Positions 1 to 12,180 of a stretch of DNA of 64,000 nucleotides are shown here, piece after piece. The notes beneath the pieces are model-generated. The model searched no databases. It saw nothing but the letters and a program-made list of their open reading frames with translations, and was not told where the DNA came from. Within the stretch, counting starts at the first letter, position 1, and every line of letters starts with the position of its first letter. The stretch spans positions 1,560,814 through 1,624,813 of the forward strand of contig MU004240.1 in assembly GCA_010405405.1 (NCBI GenBank), read 5' to 3'. Position numbers and translations under genes: made by a program. This DNA comes from Microthyrium microscopicum (lineage: Eukaryota).

Positions 1-919
1 TTGTGGGTTGCATATCCGATATGTAGCAGGTAATTGTGTGGTCAAGGCTTGGAGCGGCTAGTCATAAATTTGATTAGAAATTTCTCATTATTCGAATATG
101 GAGTCTTACACTCAAAAAGCCACCTTCTGGCTTCGCGCGTCGAAATGCTGGCTGAGCATTGATTCTGGGTTGTAATTCTGAGATACTCGTACACTTTGTA
201 AATTTTGGCACGGGACCTTTTGCCATTGGTGGGGGCTGAATTGGCTGCGGTTGTCGGGGAGAAGTCATCGCGCTCTCACGGCCATATGGCGATAGTGTGA
301 GGGGCGCCGCCTGAGGGTAATAAGATCCGCTGCTAGAGTTTGGGTTTATGGGAGGCAGTTGTGGAGCAGTCGGCCGGGAAGCTAAACGATGTCAACAAAG
401 ATTCAGTCTCACGAACAGCGCTAACGAACCTGGCGGTGAAATGTAAAAGTTGGAATTGGAGTTTGCGATGTACGAGCTGGCGCGCGTGGGAGAGGTTCGC
501 GATGATGTCGATTGTTGTGGAGTATAGCTGGTATATGCTGGGTGAGGAGGCTGCTGGGGTGTAGCGCCAAAGGGCGAAGAAGGCGACAGATTCATGGGTG
601 AATATCGTCGTGCGGCCGTGGATTCTTCTTGCTGTACATTCGAGGGCATTCGCTGGTGAGTGGAACGGCCCACATGCTGCGATGCGTGTTTGGGTTTGTA
701 CGGGTCAGCGTCCTCCATTGTGATGTCACCGTCAGTATCGCCGTAGCCCGTTGTTCCTGACCTCGACTGAGCTGGTGCGGATGGAAGGGTCGCTGATCGA
801 TTCAAGGCACTCGTAGGTGGATAGCCTTGCTGGGAGGGCACTGTTTGGGGCGCGTAGCGCGATTGGCGATTGGAAGCGGCAGAGGACTCGTTGTACGGAG
901 TCCAATGCTGTTGATCCAT
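1..919 (-). CDS. YAK1: DYRK-family kinase Yak1, N-terminal part (gene runs off the window's left edge; at least 2 introns)
   Basis: ATG at 919 (MDQQHWTPY...). Spliced product contains LQPRINAQPAFRRAKPEGGFLS|PLQALTTQLPATYRICNPQ, the conserved segment preceding the kinase domain in fungal Yak1. The kinase domain itself is outside the window. Confidence 0.85.
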
Positions 920-2107
920 GATCTCGCGGCTGCCAGACACAGAGCTGCTTTGGGCAGCAGCAGGAGCAGGAGTGAGGGTTGGGCGCCTAACTGTAAAGGC
1001 TGAGAAGTGAATGAATATGGTACCGACGGTCTAGAGCATGTCGATAAGAAGGGAGGAGAAGAGGGAGTAGTGGTGTAGGGATGGAGTGCGGCGTAGTCGA
1101 GGAGGACGGGAAGTTGGTAACGGGTTGTTGTCAGCACAGGTGGAAGGTGAGTAGCATGCGGCAGTCGGCAGGGTGCAGGAGCACATGCAGACGACAGTGC
1201 GGAAGGAGCTGACGATGGATATGGCAGGTACGAAATAGATAATGAAGAATGAAGAGATTGTGGGTGACGAAGAAGAAGAGGGGATGATGCAGAGCAGCAG
1301 TGAGCACAAAAGAAGTTACAAGGTGTAGGGCTGTAGTCTGTAGATGATGTGCTGCAGCTAGACGTAGTGGAGCAGAGTCTGAGAAATTGATGAGGTCGGT
1401 GGTTCTGGTGGATTGCGGATGGAAAGACGACTGCCAAAATTGCATTGCCCAGTCCAGGCCAGACGAGAAACTCCAGTCGCTAATCTTGGTGTCTGACTGC
1501 CAACAACACTCACTCCAACCATATCACCATCAATAGCCAATTATTGTTACAAGTCCCTGATGACCCAGTACAACCTTTTTGTGTCACTTTAACAAGCTTT
1601 ATTCTCGCTCTAATCCATTGAAATTTGAGGCATAATCATTGTCATCGATGATAGTGAAATTCTTCTGCTGGCAACGATGCGCATGACGAGCCGCAAGCTG
1701 CGATTGAGACATACTTTTGCCAGCTCACCATTGATTGATTTTACTAGTAGTTTTATTTGATCCTGCTGGCTGAGTAGGAACAAAATCAGACATACACAAA
1801 TCGTCGTACTAGAAAGTCTATAATTCCCCATTGATTCACGCGCGTCACATTCCGTCATCAAAACACGGTCCACAAAACATTACGACTCGCTTTTGATATC
1901 TCCTTCATTCCATCCAACCTGTGTAGATTCGAAGGCTTATCTTTGATACCTTTCAATCATCTACGCCTGGCTTATTTTTGCGGCAAATGATGCTGCTGCT
2001 GCGATTAGTAGAGCAACGAATCAGCACATGAAGACCAGAATACATGAAACCAGTGGAGTACGAGACATGAACACAAAATCGATTGAGCTACACAACTTCA
2101 AAAGGAC

Positions 2108-2866
2108 TCAATTCGCTACGCCTCCGCAACTACCATCGCATCCCGTCGGTCTACGTGGGTCATAGTACTCGTAACCAACATCGTCGTCCTCACTGTCATA
2201 TTGCTTAGCAACCTCCGCGCTCGGTGCCTCTCCAGCAGCCATCTTCTTGAACCCAGGCTTTGCTTTCGCGTCATCAGTTGAAGGCATTCCCGCTGGTGGA
2301 CCAAAAGCACTCTTGAAGCCTCCCTTCTTGAAGCCACCCTTTCCTGACGAACCCTCAAGCTTGAGAGGTTTGATAGTGATAAGACCAGACTTCTCCTCTG
2401 CTTTACGTTCTGCTTTTCTCGCCTTCTCAGTGGCGCTGGGATCACGCTGCATCTGCTTCATATCTTTGAGACGCTGGTAGCATAGTTAGTCAACAAGTCG
2501 AAGTATATAGAAAGGTGGCCTGGGCTGGGCAATAGTCATGCAACGTGCTTTCTTATGTTGGTGATCGTAGGATGATTGATGGGCTTCGTAGTCATTCATT
2601 CGCCCATAGCCTTTTTGACATAGCTCGCCTTTTGAAAATGTAAGTAATCATGTGGAAGTGGTGAAGACTACAATTTATACAGAAGAAGTTCTTGCGCGCT
2701 TCCCTGGCACTTTCAGTCTGATACTGCTGTCAGTTCAAGGGTCGTATTGATAGTCTTTGATGATGACTTACGACAGGCGCTGGATTTGTAAAACTTCGCT
2801 TCGTTTAGGTAAGCATATCAAGCACCAAAAGACAAAGTACGACCACCAAGAGCTCACAGGAGGCAT
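2108..2866 (-). CDS. Small C2H2-type zinc-finger protein, 5 coding exons
   Basis: Manual splicing gives MPP|RSFTNPAPV|TESAREARKNFF|CELCQKGYGRMNDYEAHQSSYDHQHKK|RLKDMKQMQR...GGFKKGGFK. Contains C-x2-C...H-x5-H. Last exon matches ORF 2108..2461. Confidence 0.85.
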
Positions 2867-3272
2867 AATTATATCGTGTTTTGAACGCTGGCTGAAATGC
2901 CGCTCACAGGCCGAAGTTGGGCTTTGATCTTATAACTTTGTGGATGACCTGGATCCTTCGTATGTACTGTGAAGTTGCTGAAAATGGAAACGATGATGGA
3001 GAGGAGGATGAGATGGTGATGGAATGTATCAATCAGCGACATGGTAAATGTCAGATCGTGCACAGACCCTGCAAATCAACTCAACACCATGCCCTGCCAT
3101 CTCACGATACCTGTACTCTTCTAAATAACTCCCCGACTACTCAGATATCGCATTCTTTTAGAGACCAATTATTTACATCATTCTATCCGTCTTGTTTAAT
3201 CGGGTACACTACTCTGCAATACTTGAAGAGGCGCCATTGTCCCTCATAGCTGTGGAAGGCGAAGTAGCCACC

Positions 3273-4242
3273 ATGGCTTCGAATGAGATCGGTCCAGATC
3301 TCGAATCTCCCTTCGAACTCCGAGAAGTTGAACCGTCTCCTGTCGAAGAAACACCTCAAGACTTGAAGCCAGACAGCTACTTTCCATCGGACACACACCA
3401 ACCCTCCCGATCAACAACTTTTATTGGCCTCGGTGAACATGGCCCAGCATACTATCGTTTGTTCTCCTCTTTTCCTTTCAAGCATCACTCATTAACATTC
3501 GTCAGTCACACGTCTACAAAAGTACTCCACCTACGCCTTCTCCATCTTCGCCACTTTTCACATAACCAATACCGCCATCATCCCGCTCATAACCCAATCC
3601 GTCCCCGCTTCTGAACCCTACCTACTCCTTACACGGCCTTACTACCAAGCGCGCCCTTTCGAACCTCTCCTCGTTGCTGGTCCACTCTTCGTACACGTGG
3701 CGTCAGGTCTAGCTCTACGTGTCTACCGACGACAGCAGAGCAAACGTCGCTATGGCGCCGAGTCGCGTGAAGATCGCAAGCGATTGCGCTGGCCACCAGT
3801 GAGCGGCATCAGTGCGCTAGGCTTTGTGGCTGTACCCCTGGTTATGGGACATATGCTCGCGAGTCGCGTGGTGCCTATGTGGCTAGAGGGTGGAAGCGCA
3901 AATGTTGGGCTGGAGTATATATCGCATGGCTTTGCGAAACATCCAGCTGTGAGCTTTACGGGCTTCAGCGTGCTGGTATCGACAGTGGTCTGGCATATCA
4001 CCTGGGGCTGGGCCAGGTGGCTGAGCTGGACACCAGCGCAAGTGACGACTGGAGGCTCGGAAGGACAGATAACGAGAAAGAGAAGGTGGTATGCTGTCAA
4101 TGGTGTCGCATTGGTGACCACGGCGATCTGGTTGGCCGGCGGACTGGGTATTGTGGGACGTGGAGGAGAGACTCTAGGATGGCAGGCAAAGATCTATGAT
4201 CAGATATATCAGAGTATACCTGTGGTAGGCAAATGGTTTTGA
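3273..4242 (+). CDS. MCP1: Mitochondrial adapter protein Mcp1-like (DUF1691) membrane protein, 1 intron (~3457-3506)
   Basis: gccaccATGG start at 3273. Spliced YY-LTRLQKYSTYAFSIFATFHITNT, LLLTRPYYQ, HVASGLALR, YISHGF, WHITWGW. Several hydrophobic segments. Confidence 0.8.
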
Positions 4243-4295
4243 TTCTCATTAGGATAACAATTGGTCAATGATACCCCTTTTCCTCTCAACGACTA

Positions 4296-5561
4296 TCACC
4301 GCCGTCCCAGATCGATATCCAGCACTTGAACCATTCGACCGCTTTCGAGTGTCTTTGGCGGCTCCTCCCTAGGTTCAGAGAAGAACGGCTTGATCGCTAC
4401 GTCCACTGTATCCTCAAACAGTCCCTGGACAACATCCTTCAAGTCATCACCCGTCTGCTTAAAGTCCGGAAACGCATTCACTTCCAGCAACCACGCCGTA
4501 CCTGTCTGATCAACCAGAAAATCCAGTCCAAAGATCTCGAATGAGGACGGCACCGCTTGGAAATTGACCAACATATTCCGTCCCGCCGCCTCAAACAACT
4601 CTCCCGTAACCACACAGATCTGCGCCCACGCCTTCTCCTTCCAATCGCCCTCAATCCCTTCCACCTTCTCCTCCAATTCCCAAAAGCGCCTCACACTACC
4701 CTCTCTTACATCCGTTCCCTGCACACACGTATTCGTCAAATGAACCCTCAAGTCCAACGACTCCCCCGGCGCCACATACTTGCCCGCCGCAAACAGCGCC
4801 AGCATCGGCCGATACACATACACCTTCAACGCGCCCACAGACAGCACATACGTGCGCACATGGAACTTGCGCCCCTCTGCGCTCGGCAACAGTAACGGCG
4901 GATGTATGTATAACTGTGCAACGAAATGCCGCAGCTGGCTTGCATACACGACCTCTTTACCCGCACCCACCAACGTCTGGCCCTTGACCTCTTCATCGTC
5001 CTCCTCCTCTTCATCAGAGTCCGGCATATCAGCCTCCCAGCCTTCAAAAATCCCCCTCAACTCCTCCTCAGACCCAAACAACCTCACCCCATGCGCACGA
5101 TCCGCCATACTCGGTTTAAGAATCCACCACTCCCTCTCCCCCTCCCCCTTATCCTCATTACCCTCCAAGCTCTCCCTTAACTCATAAGCCTCCGCCAGCG
5201 CTTCATCAAGGTACTCCGCATAATCCACCTCCAGTTCCACTGCAACTTTCACATGCCGTCTTAATACACTTTGCGGGTGTTTCGCAGCCCATTGGACGAC
5301 AGTCGCATTGAGGAAATGTTTGCGTAGTAGCGCTTTGCGGATTACGTAGGCGTTTATTAGCACGTCGTTGCGTGTGAGGGCGAGCTCGAAGGCGAGGTCT
5401 TCGTATTGCAGGAATTGGAGGACTGGTAAGTCGAGGGGTGTTGGGAGGGTGGATATGAGCTTGTAGGTTGTTGGTGGGAGACGGGAGGAGAGGGCGGATT
5501 CGATGAGGGGCTGGACGTAGGGATCGTTGTAGGCGATTTGAGCGTAGAATTTTGGGGGCAT
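4296..5561 (-). CDS. Tubulin-tyrosine ligase (TTL) family ATP-grasp protein, Pby1-like ligase domain only; single exon, 421 aa
   Basis: Motifs WILKPSM, RKFHVRTYVL, HLTNTC, FEIFGLDFLVD, WLLEVNAFPDF. Confidence 0.9.
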   Translation of the reverse strand: MPPKFYAQIAYNDPYVQPLIESALSSRLPPTTYKLISTLPTPLDLPVLQFLQYEDLAFELALTRNDVLINAYVIRKALLRKHFLNATVVQWAAKHPQSVLRRHVKVAVELEVDYAEYLDEALAEAYELRESLEGNEDKGEGEREWWILKPSMADRAHGVRLFGSEEELRGIFEGWEADMPDSDEEEEDDEEVKGQTLVGAGKEVVYASQLRHFVAQLYIHPPLLLPSAEGRKFHVRTYVLSVGALKVYVYRPMLALFAAGKYVAPGESLDLRVHLTNTCVQGTDVREGSVRRFWELEEKVEGIEGDWKEKAWAQICVVTGELFEAAGRNMLVNFQAVPSSFEIFGLDFLVDQTGTAWLLEVNAFPDFKQTGDDLKDVVQGLFEDTVDVAIKPFFSEPREEPPKTLESGRMVQVLDIDLGRR

Positions 5562-6731
5562 GGTTGGTGAGATTTGTGCTTGGTGAAGTTTGGTTGGGAT
5601 GGAGGATATAAAATTTTGGGAGGTACTTTTTTTTTGGTGTTTACACCCCGCTATATTGGATTCGAAAACTTGCTCATTGAGTAGAATTTATATGCGCCAT
5701 CTTGACATAGAAAATGGATAACTAAATACAATGTAATTGGTACGGAAGTGTTTTGATATCGATTTGGGAAGTTCGGTGTCGCTGTCGGTGTCCGGTTTGG
5801 TTCACCACCTTGTTCGGAGTCCTTGCTCAAGATTTGGTAAAAAGACATGGGCAATACCACCATTGTCTCTGTATATTTCGTCTATTCTGGGGGCTTGTAG
5901 GGCATAACTGTGTCACTGAGCTGCAAGGCAAAAATAAATTAAGACATGAACCGCGTGCTGGTGTTCAACTTGGTCACTGCTGCATTAGAGCTTCCTGCTT
6001 AGGATGCAGTATGCGTGCTTGAGTAAGAACGCAATACATTCTGTACTGTATACTTTCATTTAAAGGATCGCAAGGTATTATTTCAAGCATTGACAAAGAA
6101 AAACTATCAAAGCAAGGCCTCAAGACTGCACAATTGTGCAGTGACTTCGAGCGCAGAAAGGAAGCACCCAAGATTTGCCCATGCAGCCCAACAGAATCAA
6201 GAAAATCATTACGTCAGGTGCTTTAGGGATATTGAGGCCACAATACAGCTGAAAAGGGAAAATCAACTCCAAGCATGAATAGAGCACAAGTGTTCAGTGA
6301 CCTCAGTCAGTCAGGAGAAGGAGCCAAGAAATAACTGTGCCGCCCATATGCAAACACCACCACCATAAACGTGGCGAACTATGCAAGGCGAAATCTGGCA
6401 TATTCCTTCCAGCGGAGACATATTCCTTCGAACGACGGGAGGACCCGAAATTCCTCTGCTTCAATCGAAATCCTTCGAATCCTTCAAGCAATGGGCCGGA
6501 CGGAAAGAACCAGCGGCTCGATGCGTCAAGGCTAACTTAGAACCTTAATCACCCCCATTTCACACTTTTGTGGTAACAATCTGAAACAACAATCACACTA
6601 TTTCATTTGCATTAATGAGCAAATTGTCTTTTGGTACACAATCAGGTAGGCAGAAACGAGGGGAGTTGAGTTGGTGGCTGTGTTGGTTCCTGGACCAACA
6701 TGGTGATCTCTGTTGGTTATGTCAATTGTAT

Positions 6732-7112
6732 CTTTTGATATCTTCAGCTTGAGCGATGTGAGTCTGCCTTGTAAGCACGAACGTCTGGTTGACCTATACA
6801 GTGAGCTACTAGTAGATAATCTAACAACGTCTACCCCTATAAAGGATAGATAGGTAGCATTGCATGAACGGATATCTGTCATAGCGGTCATATCAAGGCA
6901 GGTCCAGTTGGTACTTTTATGGCTATAGCTTTTGATATCTTTAGTTTGAGCGATGTGCATCCGCTCCAAGCGCGGACACGTTCTTGACCCTATGCGTTGA
7001 GCTACTAGAACGCTCGTTCCAACACCATTTGCCCCTATAGTGAATAGATAGGTAGCATCGCATGAACAAATTTCCATCACATACTGCTAATTCAAAGGTA
7101 GGTCCAGTTGGT
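6732..7112. repeat. Diverged two-copy tandem duplication, unit ~197-200 bp
   Basis: Shared blocks cttttgatatctt (6732 / 6929), tgagcgatgtg, tgagctactag, cccctata, atagataggtagcat, gcatgaac and ggtccagttggt (6901 / 7101) recur in the same order. Confidence 0.8.
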
Positions 7113-10100
7113 GGACAGTTGGAGGTTCCAGTAGATCAAGGTGACCGTTGTTCTTTAGACTGGTATGAAGATTTTGGAATTTCGTAGTCTGGACAATGTG
7201 ATTGAGATTTTGGGATACATGAGATTGAAGCTGTCCAGATCTGGCGGTGCATTGTTAGTTCACGTGGAACAGCCACGATTCTGACCAGACTTTGCCGCCC
7301 CATCGGGCCTTCTTCGTGGCGATTGTCGCGTCAAACGCTATTTGACATCAGAAGCAAAATACTTCGAAAATATTCGTTTAGTCGAGAATGAAAATAAGGC
7401 CACCCAAGTTGTATGAAATCAACTGCGTCTGCGTTTAGTGTGCGTCTAGCTTGATAACATCCCAGAGCTATCATGACATGGGCAGGGCATCTAGCCATCA
7501 ACTCGACAGCCGCCTAGCCTATGAACATAGACGCCCAAACCGGGGTCGCCATTGCTTGTACAAGCATACAAGGGCACCCATCCCGTTGATCAGTCTCGCC
7601 GCAAAGAAAAGTTGGCTCAACTTGGCGAATACCTCCGGTCCCCAAAAGTTACCAACGGCCCATGTTGTGACCCAAACGTTTCTGCACAACCTGGGCTGAA
7701 AAAACGAATGCTTCCCACGGTCGCGAACAAGGTTGCTGAAGAAAGGCTACCGGAACGGGAGGGTCGACTTCCCCGACCAATGACATAGTCGCTTAAGCCA
7801 CGGATTGAGATCTGGGGTGCCCACGCTTTGCGCGTTTGCGGATATTGCATTTCTCGTCTAGCTTGGAGGGGAATGGTGCTATGCATGAGGATTCAATGGG
7901 CGCCTAACAGTAGGCTGTCGTCTGCGCTTGCGTGCTGATGCTACTTGTCGAACAGGTCATCGGATCAGCTGGTGGAATTGCAGTGGAGATGACTTGAACC
8001 TTATGCTACAGAATTGATATAACTGATCACATTTGAACCGTATACTTGGGATGAAGGGAACTAAAGAATTCTCCGATTGTGGAAATGTAGAAGGAGATTT
8101 GAGACAAGTCGTCCTATGTTGGTAATTTGCCGCGTGGCAATTGACTAATATGGAACCATGCAGGCAGATTGTAGGTAAAAGCTCCAGAACGAGATGGAGC
8201 TTTGGCATGCGATTCGTAAATGAGAGATCGGCAGTCAGAGACGGGTACGACTTTGCTGAGTAGAGTCTGAGCAAGGAAACAGCATGATTGGGAGTTTTCT
8301 CGCTGCTCCCAGCCTGAAGGATAGAGGAAATTGTTGGGGCTCGCTGTCCAGGTTGACAGTCAGTCACCCCACACAGAGTCTCGGCTGGCGCGGTTGATTG
8401 TTAATCGATTAGCAACATGCATAGAACAAATAGTTGTGATAGGTTGGAAAGTAGCACAATGTACATATGAGATAGGCTAGTTTTGAGCAAGAATGACGAA
8501 CGTAACTTATTGACATGAAGATTACTCCAGTGGATAAGCAAAGAATTTTATCATTTGATGGGCGTGTCGGATACCAAGCCGTTGTGCGGAAGACGATGTA
8601 TGCAGACTACTGCAAAGACTCTGCTGCATTCGACCAAGTTGCAGTGACCAAGGCCACGAGTGAATTTTGCCGCGGGAACTATGCGGGACTTTGAGAATTG
8701 TTTGAGCAACCCAAGGAGCAGCGTCTAGAGGGTCTAGGATGCGCCTTCGGGCAGTTCGTCCGCGGACTTTTGCTTGTCCTTTGACTTGACAAGTTGATAC
8801 TGTCAGTCAAGTTCCTGAACAGTGAAGGATGGGCATTGGGGGATATGAAAAGTAGGACGGGGTACCTGTGGGTGGCTTAAACCGGGCAATTCGTTTGGGT
8901 CAGAGCAAGAGGTGAAGTTGTCAAGGCTCATCCGGACTAGGTTTAAGCATGGTATCTGCGTATGTTCGAGGCACAGCAGCACGGTAAATAGCAAAGCGAA
9001 TTGGTATGAGCCTAAGAGGTAATACTTCTATCAGTATAAGGTATGATGTCCGTGGTACAAGCGCAGACAGCAAACTGTTGTCGCGCAATTTAATCGCAAG
9101 TGGCTCGACTTGATTCCCATTTTCAAAAGCCATCTGCACGAAGAGAGACCTGGAGAAAAGATTAGCGCCATGAAACGCGGGCACCAGCCATCGTTACTAA
9201 GCTCTAGCGGGTATAGTTTTCTTTATTTAAACGAGCGGGCAAAACAAATGGTCCGCTCCCGTTAGCCACGAATTCAAGATGGCCGCCATCGTCTTTCATA
9301 TCAGGCCGTATCCTATTTTCCGCGGTACGCAAGAATTATGTCCACGTCCTAGATAGTAAGATAAGCTCTAAGATATACCAAAGGATTCGAGGAGGATTTA
9401 TATGCCCCGGGTCGTACTCAGTAAGTAGGCATTGAAAGACGGCTTGGAAGACTAGCCATTTGGCCAATCAGAGCTAGGGTAACACAAGAGCGCGGGAGGG
9501 AACGATCCCTCCCGCTCGGCAACCACCTTCCGCCCCAATTGAGAAGCAATGGTCCAAGCGCGCTTTCCTCTAGGCTCTAAGCTCTCGCAGCAGACGCGCC
9601 TCGTACTCTTAAACTTGCCCGCACTGTCTTTTCCCAGCTACTGGGGAGACCGATAGTGACATTGGTATCCAACATGCCAACATGTGTGCTGTTAGGGGGA
9701 TCCTAGAGTTTAAACAGGCCTTGAGAGGACTAAGCCTGCCGTTCGCATGGGATGAACGTTTCGACAACCGCAAACGAAGCCTCTTCGCATCCCAGGGTCG
9801 ACTGACGACCAATATCCTAGGCACTGGCAATATCTCGTCTTCAGCATGAGTGAGCGGGAAAGGCACAGCTGTGCGCGTCTCGTCTGCCAAACTAGTCTGC
9901 TTGCAGATTCGAGCTGCCGTATTCCAGGTTCTATGTTATCCGCCACAGACACGCCGCCTTTTGTGAAAAGCGCGATTGTTGAATACACAGCACAAGCACT
10001 GCCCGGCGTGCAGTAGGCCTTGTAGCCGCAGCCCGAATACCCGCTCACGAAGCGCCCTTGAGTCTTTCTCTCCTATGAGAGGTAGATAATTCAAAGCTAA

Positions 10101-10696
10101 TGCTCGAGAGTCGTAAAGTACTACAACTGACAGTCAGCGACAACATGCCGCTTAGACTTGTCCGCCAATCCTGACTAGCCGCGTCGTGTCTAGATCCATG
10201 CCCACTTGCCTGTTGAATGATGGAAAGTTTGCCGCGTTTGATATTGAGCTAAACAGGTAACAGTCACAGTCCTGTACCTGTCTGTTGGTAACAAGCCTAC
10301 CCTCCATAAAGAACCAACTCTACAAGCCGTGTTGGTCCTGTCATCGCCTTCGCCAATCTCCATTGTTGTGCCCCTGCGGCTTTAGTTGTCCCCCAGCCAG
10401 TGCCGCGCCTCAGGCATTGTACCAACAAGTCCTTCTTGAATGCGCTCGCTGTGGTTGGGTGGCTTTCCCCAAAATCTAACCCTCCCCCGATTATTCTCGC
10501 CGTCCAGATTTCCATCTCCGCTCCCGCAAGTGTCAGTATGCGCCTGGAAAGTGCTTTGCTATGTTTCGCCGCCTATACTGCAGGTCTGGCTTGATATAGT
10601 TCTCTTGTGGCCCGCTTCGTAGCCTTGTGTAACATCTCATGCGTACCTTCTTCCTCTTTCCCAACTAGTCTAGTCTCTCAGGATACAATCCTAGAC

Positions 10697-12180
10697 ATGG
10701 CTCTACCAGACCTATCACCTTTCACCAGTCCTCACAGCACCAGTCCTCACAACAGAAGGCGATGGACTCAGCACGAAGACAGCCATCTTGCTGACCAGGT
10801 CCAAGAATGTCGTTAGTTTTACGATTCGACTTTTGAATGCCTTTTCTAATCCTACGATAGTCAAATCTGGATCTTCGGTCGACTGGCGAAAAGTAGCCCA
10901 AGGCCTCGCTAACAGAAGCAATAAAGACTGCAGAAAGAGATGGCTAAAAATCGATACGAAATGGAATACTGGTCAATGGTCTAAGGCGGAGGATGAGCAA
11001 CTCAAAAAGGCGGTTGAGTTACATCAAGCTCGGTAGGTTAAGCATATCAGAATATCGCAAGTCGCGAAATCTAATTCACACCAACAGATGGAAACAGGTT
11101 TCAGACGAAGTAAAGACGAGAAACCCAGATCGTGAGTCCAGCATCACCTTACGAAGATGTCATAGCTCTAACAATACCTTTAAGAATGTGCTAAAAGATG
11201 GAGGAATGCCCTTGATCCAAGTCTTCATCGCGGGAATTGGGAACCAGTAGATGTCAGTGGCCTAATAGGCCGCGACCGCTTGTTGGACCTTTCTAATTGG
11301 CTTGTAGGATGAGAAACTCAACCTTGCGGTAAAATTGCTCGGTCGCGATTGGAAGGCTATTGTTGCAGATTATTTCCCCAGCAGATCCAGACTTGATCTA
11401 AGCAACAGGTTCGAGTCCACCAGTTGCATTCAAGTAATACACGACTAATAATACTACTACAGACACACGATGATAAATCGAAAGAAGAGAATTGCTCACC
11501 GAAGAGCTCTCAGCCGTACATTGACCACCAACCTGATGACCCAGTCTCCTTCCTCCGCGACTTCGGAAACAAGCTCGTCTTCAGGAAGTTCAGAATCCTC
11601 ACCGAGTAATGAAAAGAGCGAAGAGTTGTGGCATCATCCAGTAGACCACCACTTCACCTCAATCAATTCTGCCATACATCAAATCATTCCCTCGGATGTA
11701 CCAGTAACAAGCCATCCGATGCCAACCCACCCACATCATAATCATCACCAACATCCACAGGATACACAACAACATTCCTACGGAGACCAATCTGTCAAAA
11801 TGGGAGATTGGTGTACATCTTCGGGATCCATAGGGCAATCGATTCTTATACCAGTTGGAGACGAAACCATGCAGCCTGGAATCCACGACCTGGCTCTATA
11901 CCCTTCATACTCCTGGCCAACTCAGGAATGGACAGAGAATAAAGACGAACACGTAATACCAGTTCAATACGATACCTCTACAATGCAGCATTCCCCCGAA
12001 GAATACCACATAGAAGCAAGTCAGCAGATATGCATGGACAGCGAAGTGCTAAAAGACGGCGGCTCACCAGGCCGCAGCAAAACAGTCATATTAGACAGTA
12101 TGGATGACTCAACACGATCACAAATCTTCGATACACTCTGCAAAGGCAAATCCAAGGTGAGTATTGTCTACGATGAGTAG
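10697..12180 (+). CDS. Myb-like transcription factor with three SANT/Myb repeats, 5 introns
   Basis: Spliced: RRRWTQHED...DWRKVA...RSNKDCRKRW; GQWSKAEDEQL...RWKQVS...RNPDQCAKRW; GNWEPVDDEKL...RDWKAIV...RSRLDLSNRH. Followed by a Ser/His-rich tail (ORF 11470..12180). Confidence 0.9.

Noticed and set aside
802..1445. Long overlapping minus-strand ORFs (211, 92 and 104 aa) upstream of YAK1
   Set aside because: Non-ATG starts and S/L/P/H-rich composition expected from a pyrimidine-rich leader. No domain evidence.
4326..5187. Plus-strand ORFs opposite the TTL gene, and similar antisense ORFs over RNH202, MCM10, DUF1446, Hsp70 and the 50.5-52.7 kb gene
   Set aside because: Shadow ORFs produced by codon bias of the real gene on the other strand.
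7451..8367. Several 78-136 aa ORFs in the long intergenic region
   Set aside because: Non-ATG starts, no recognisable motifs and no convincing splice structure.
9960..10048. Cys/Gly/Tyr peptide GYSGCGYKAYCTPGSACAVYS resembling a CBM1 cellulose-binding module
   Set aside because: Lacks the QCGG start and YSQC end, and has no ATG start, signal peptide or linked catalytic domain.
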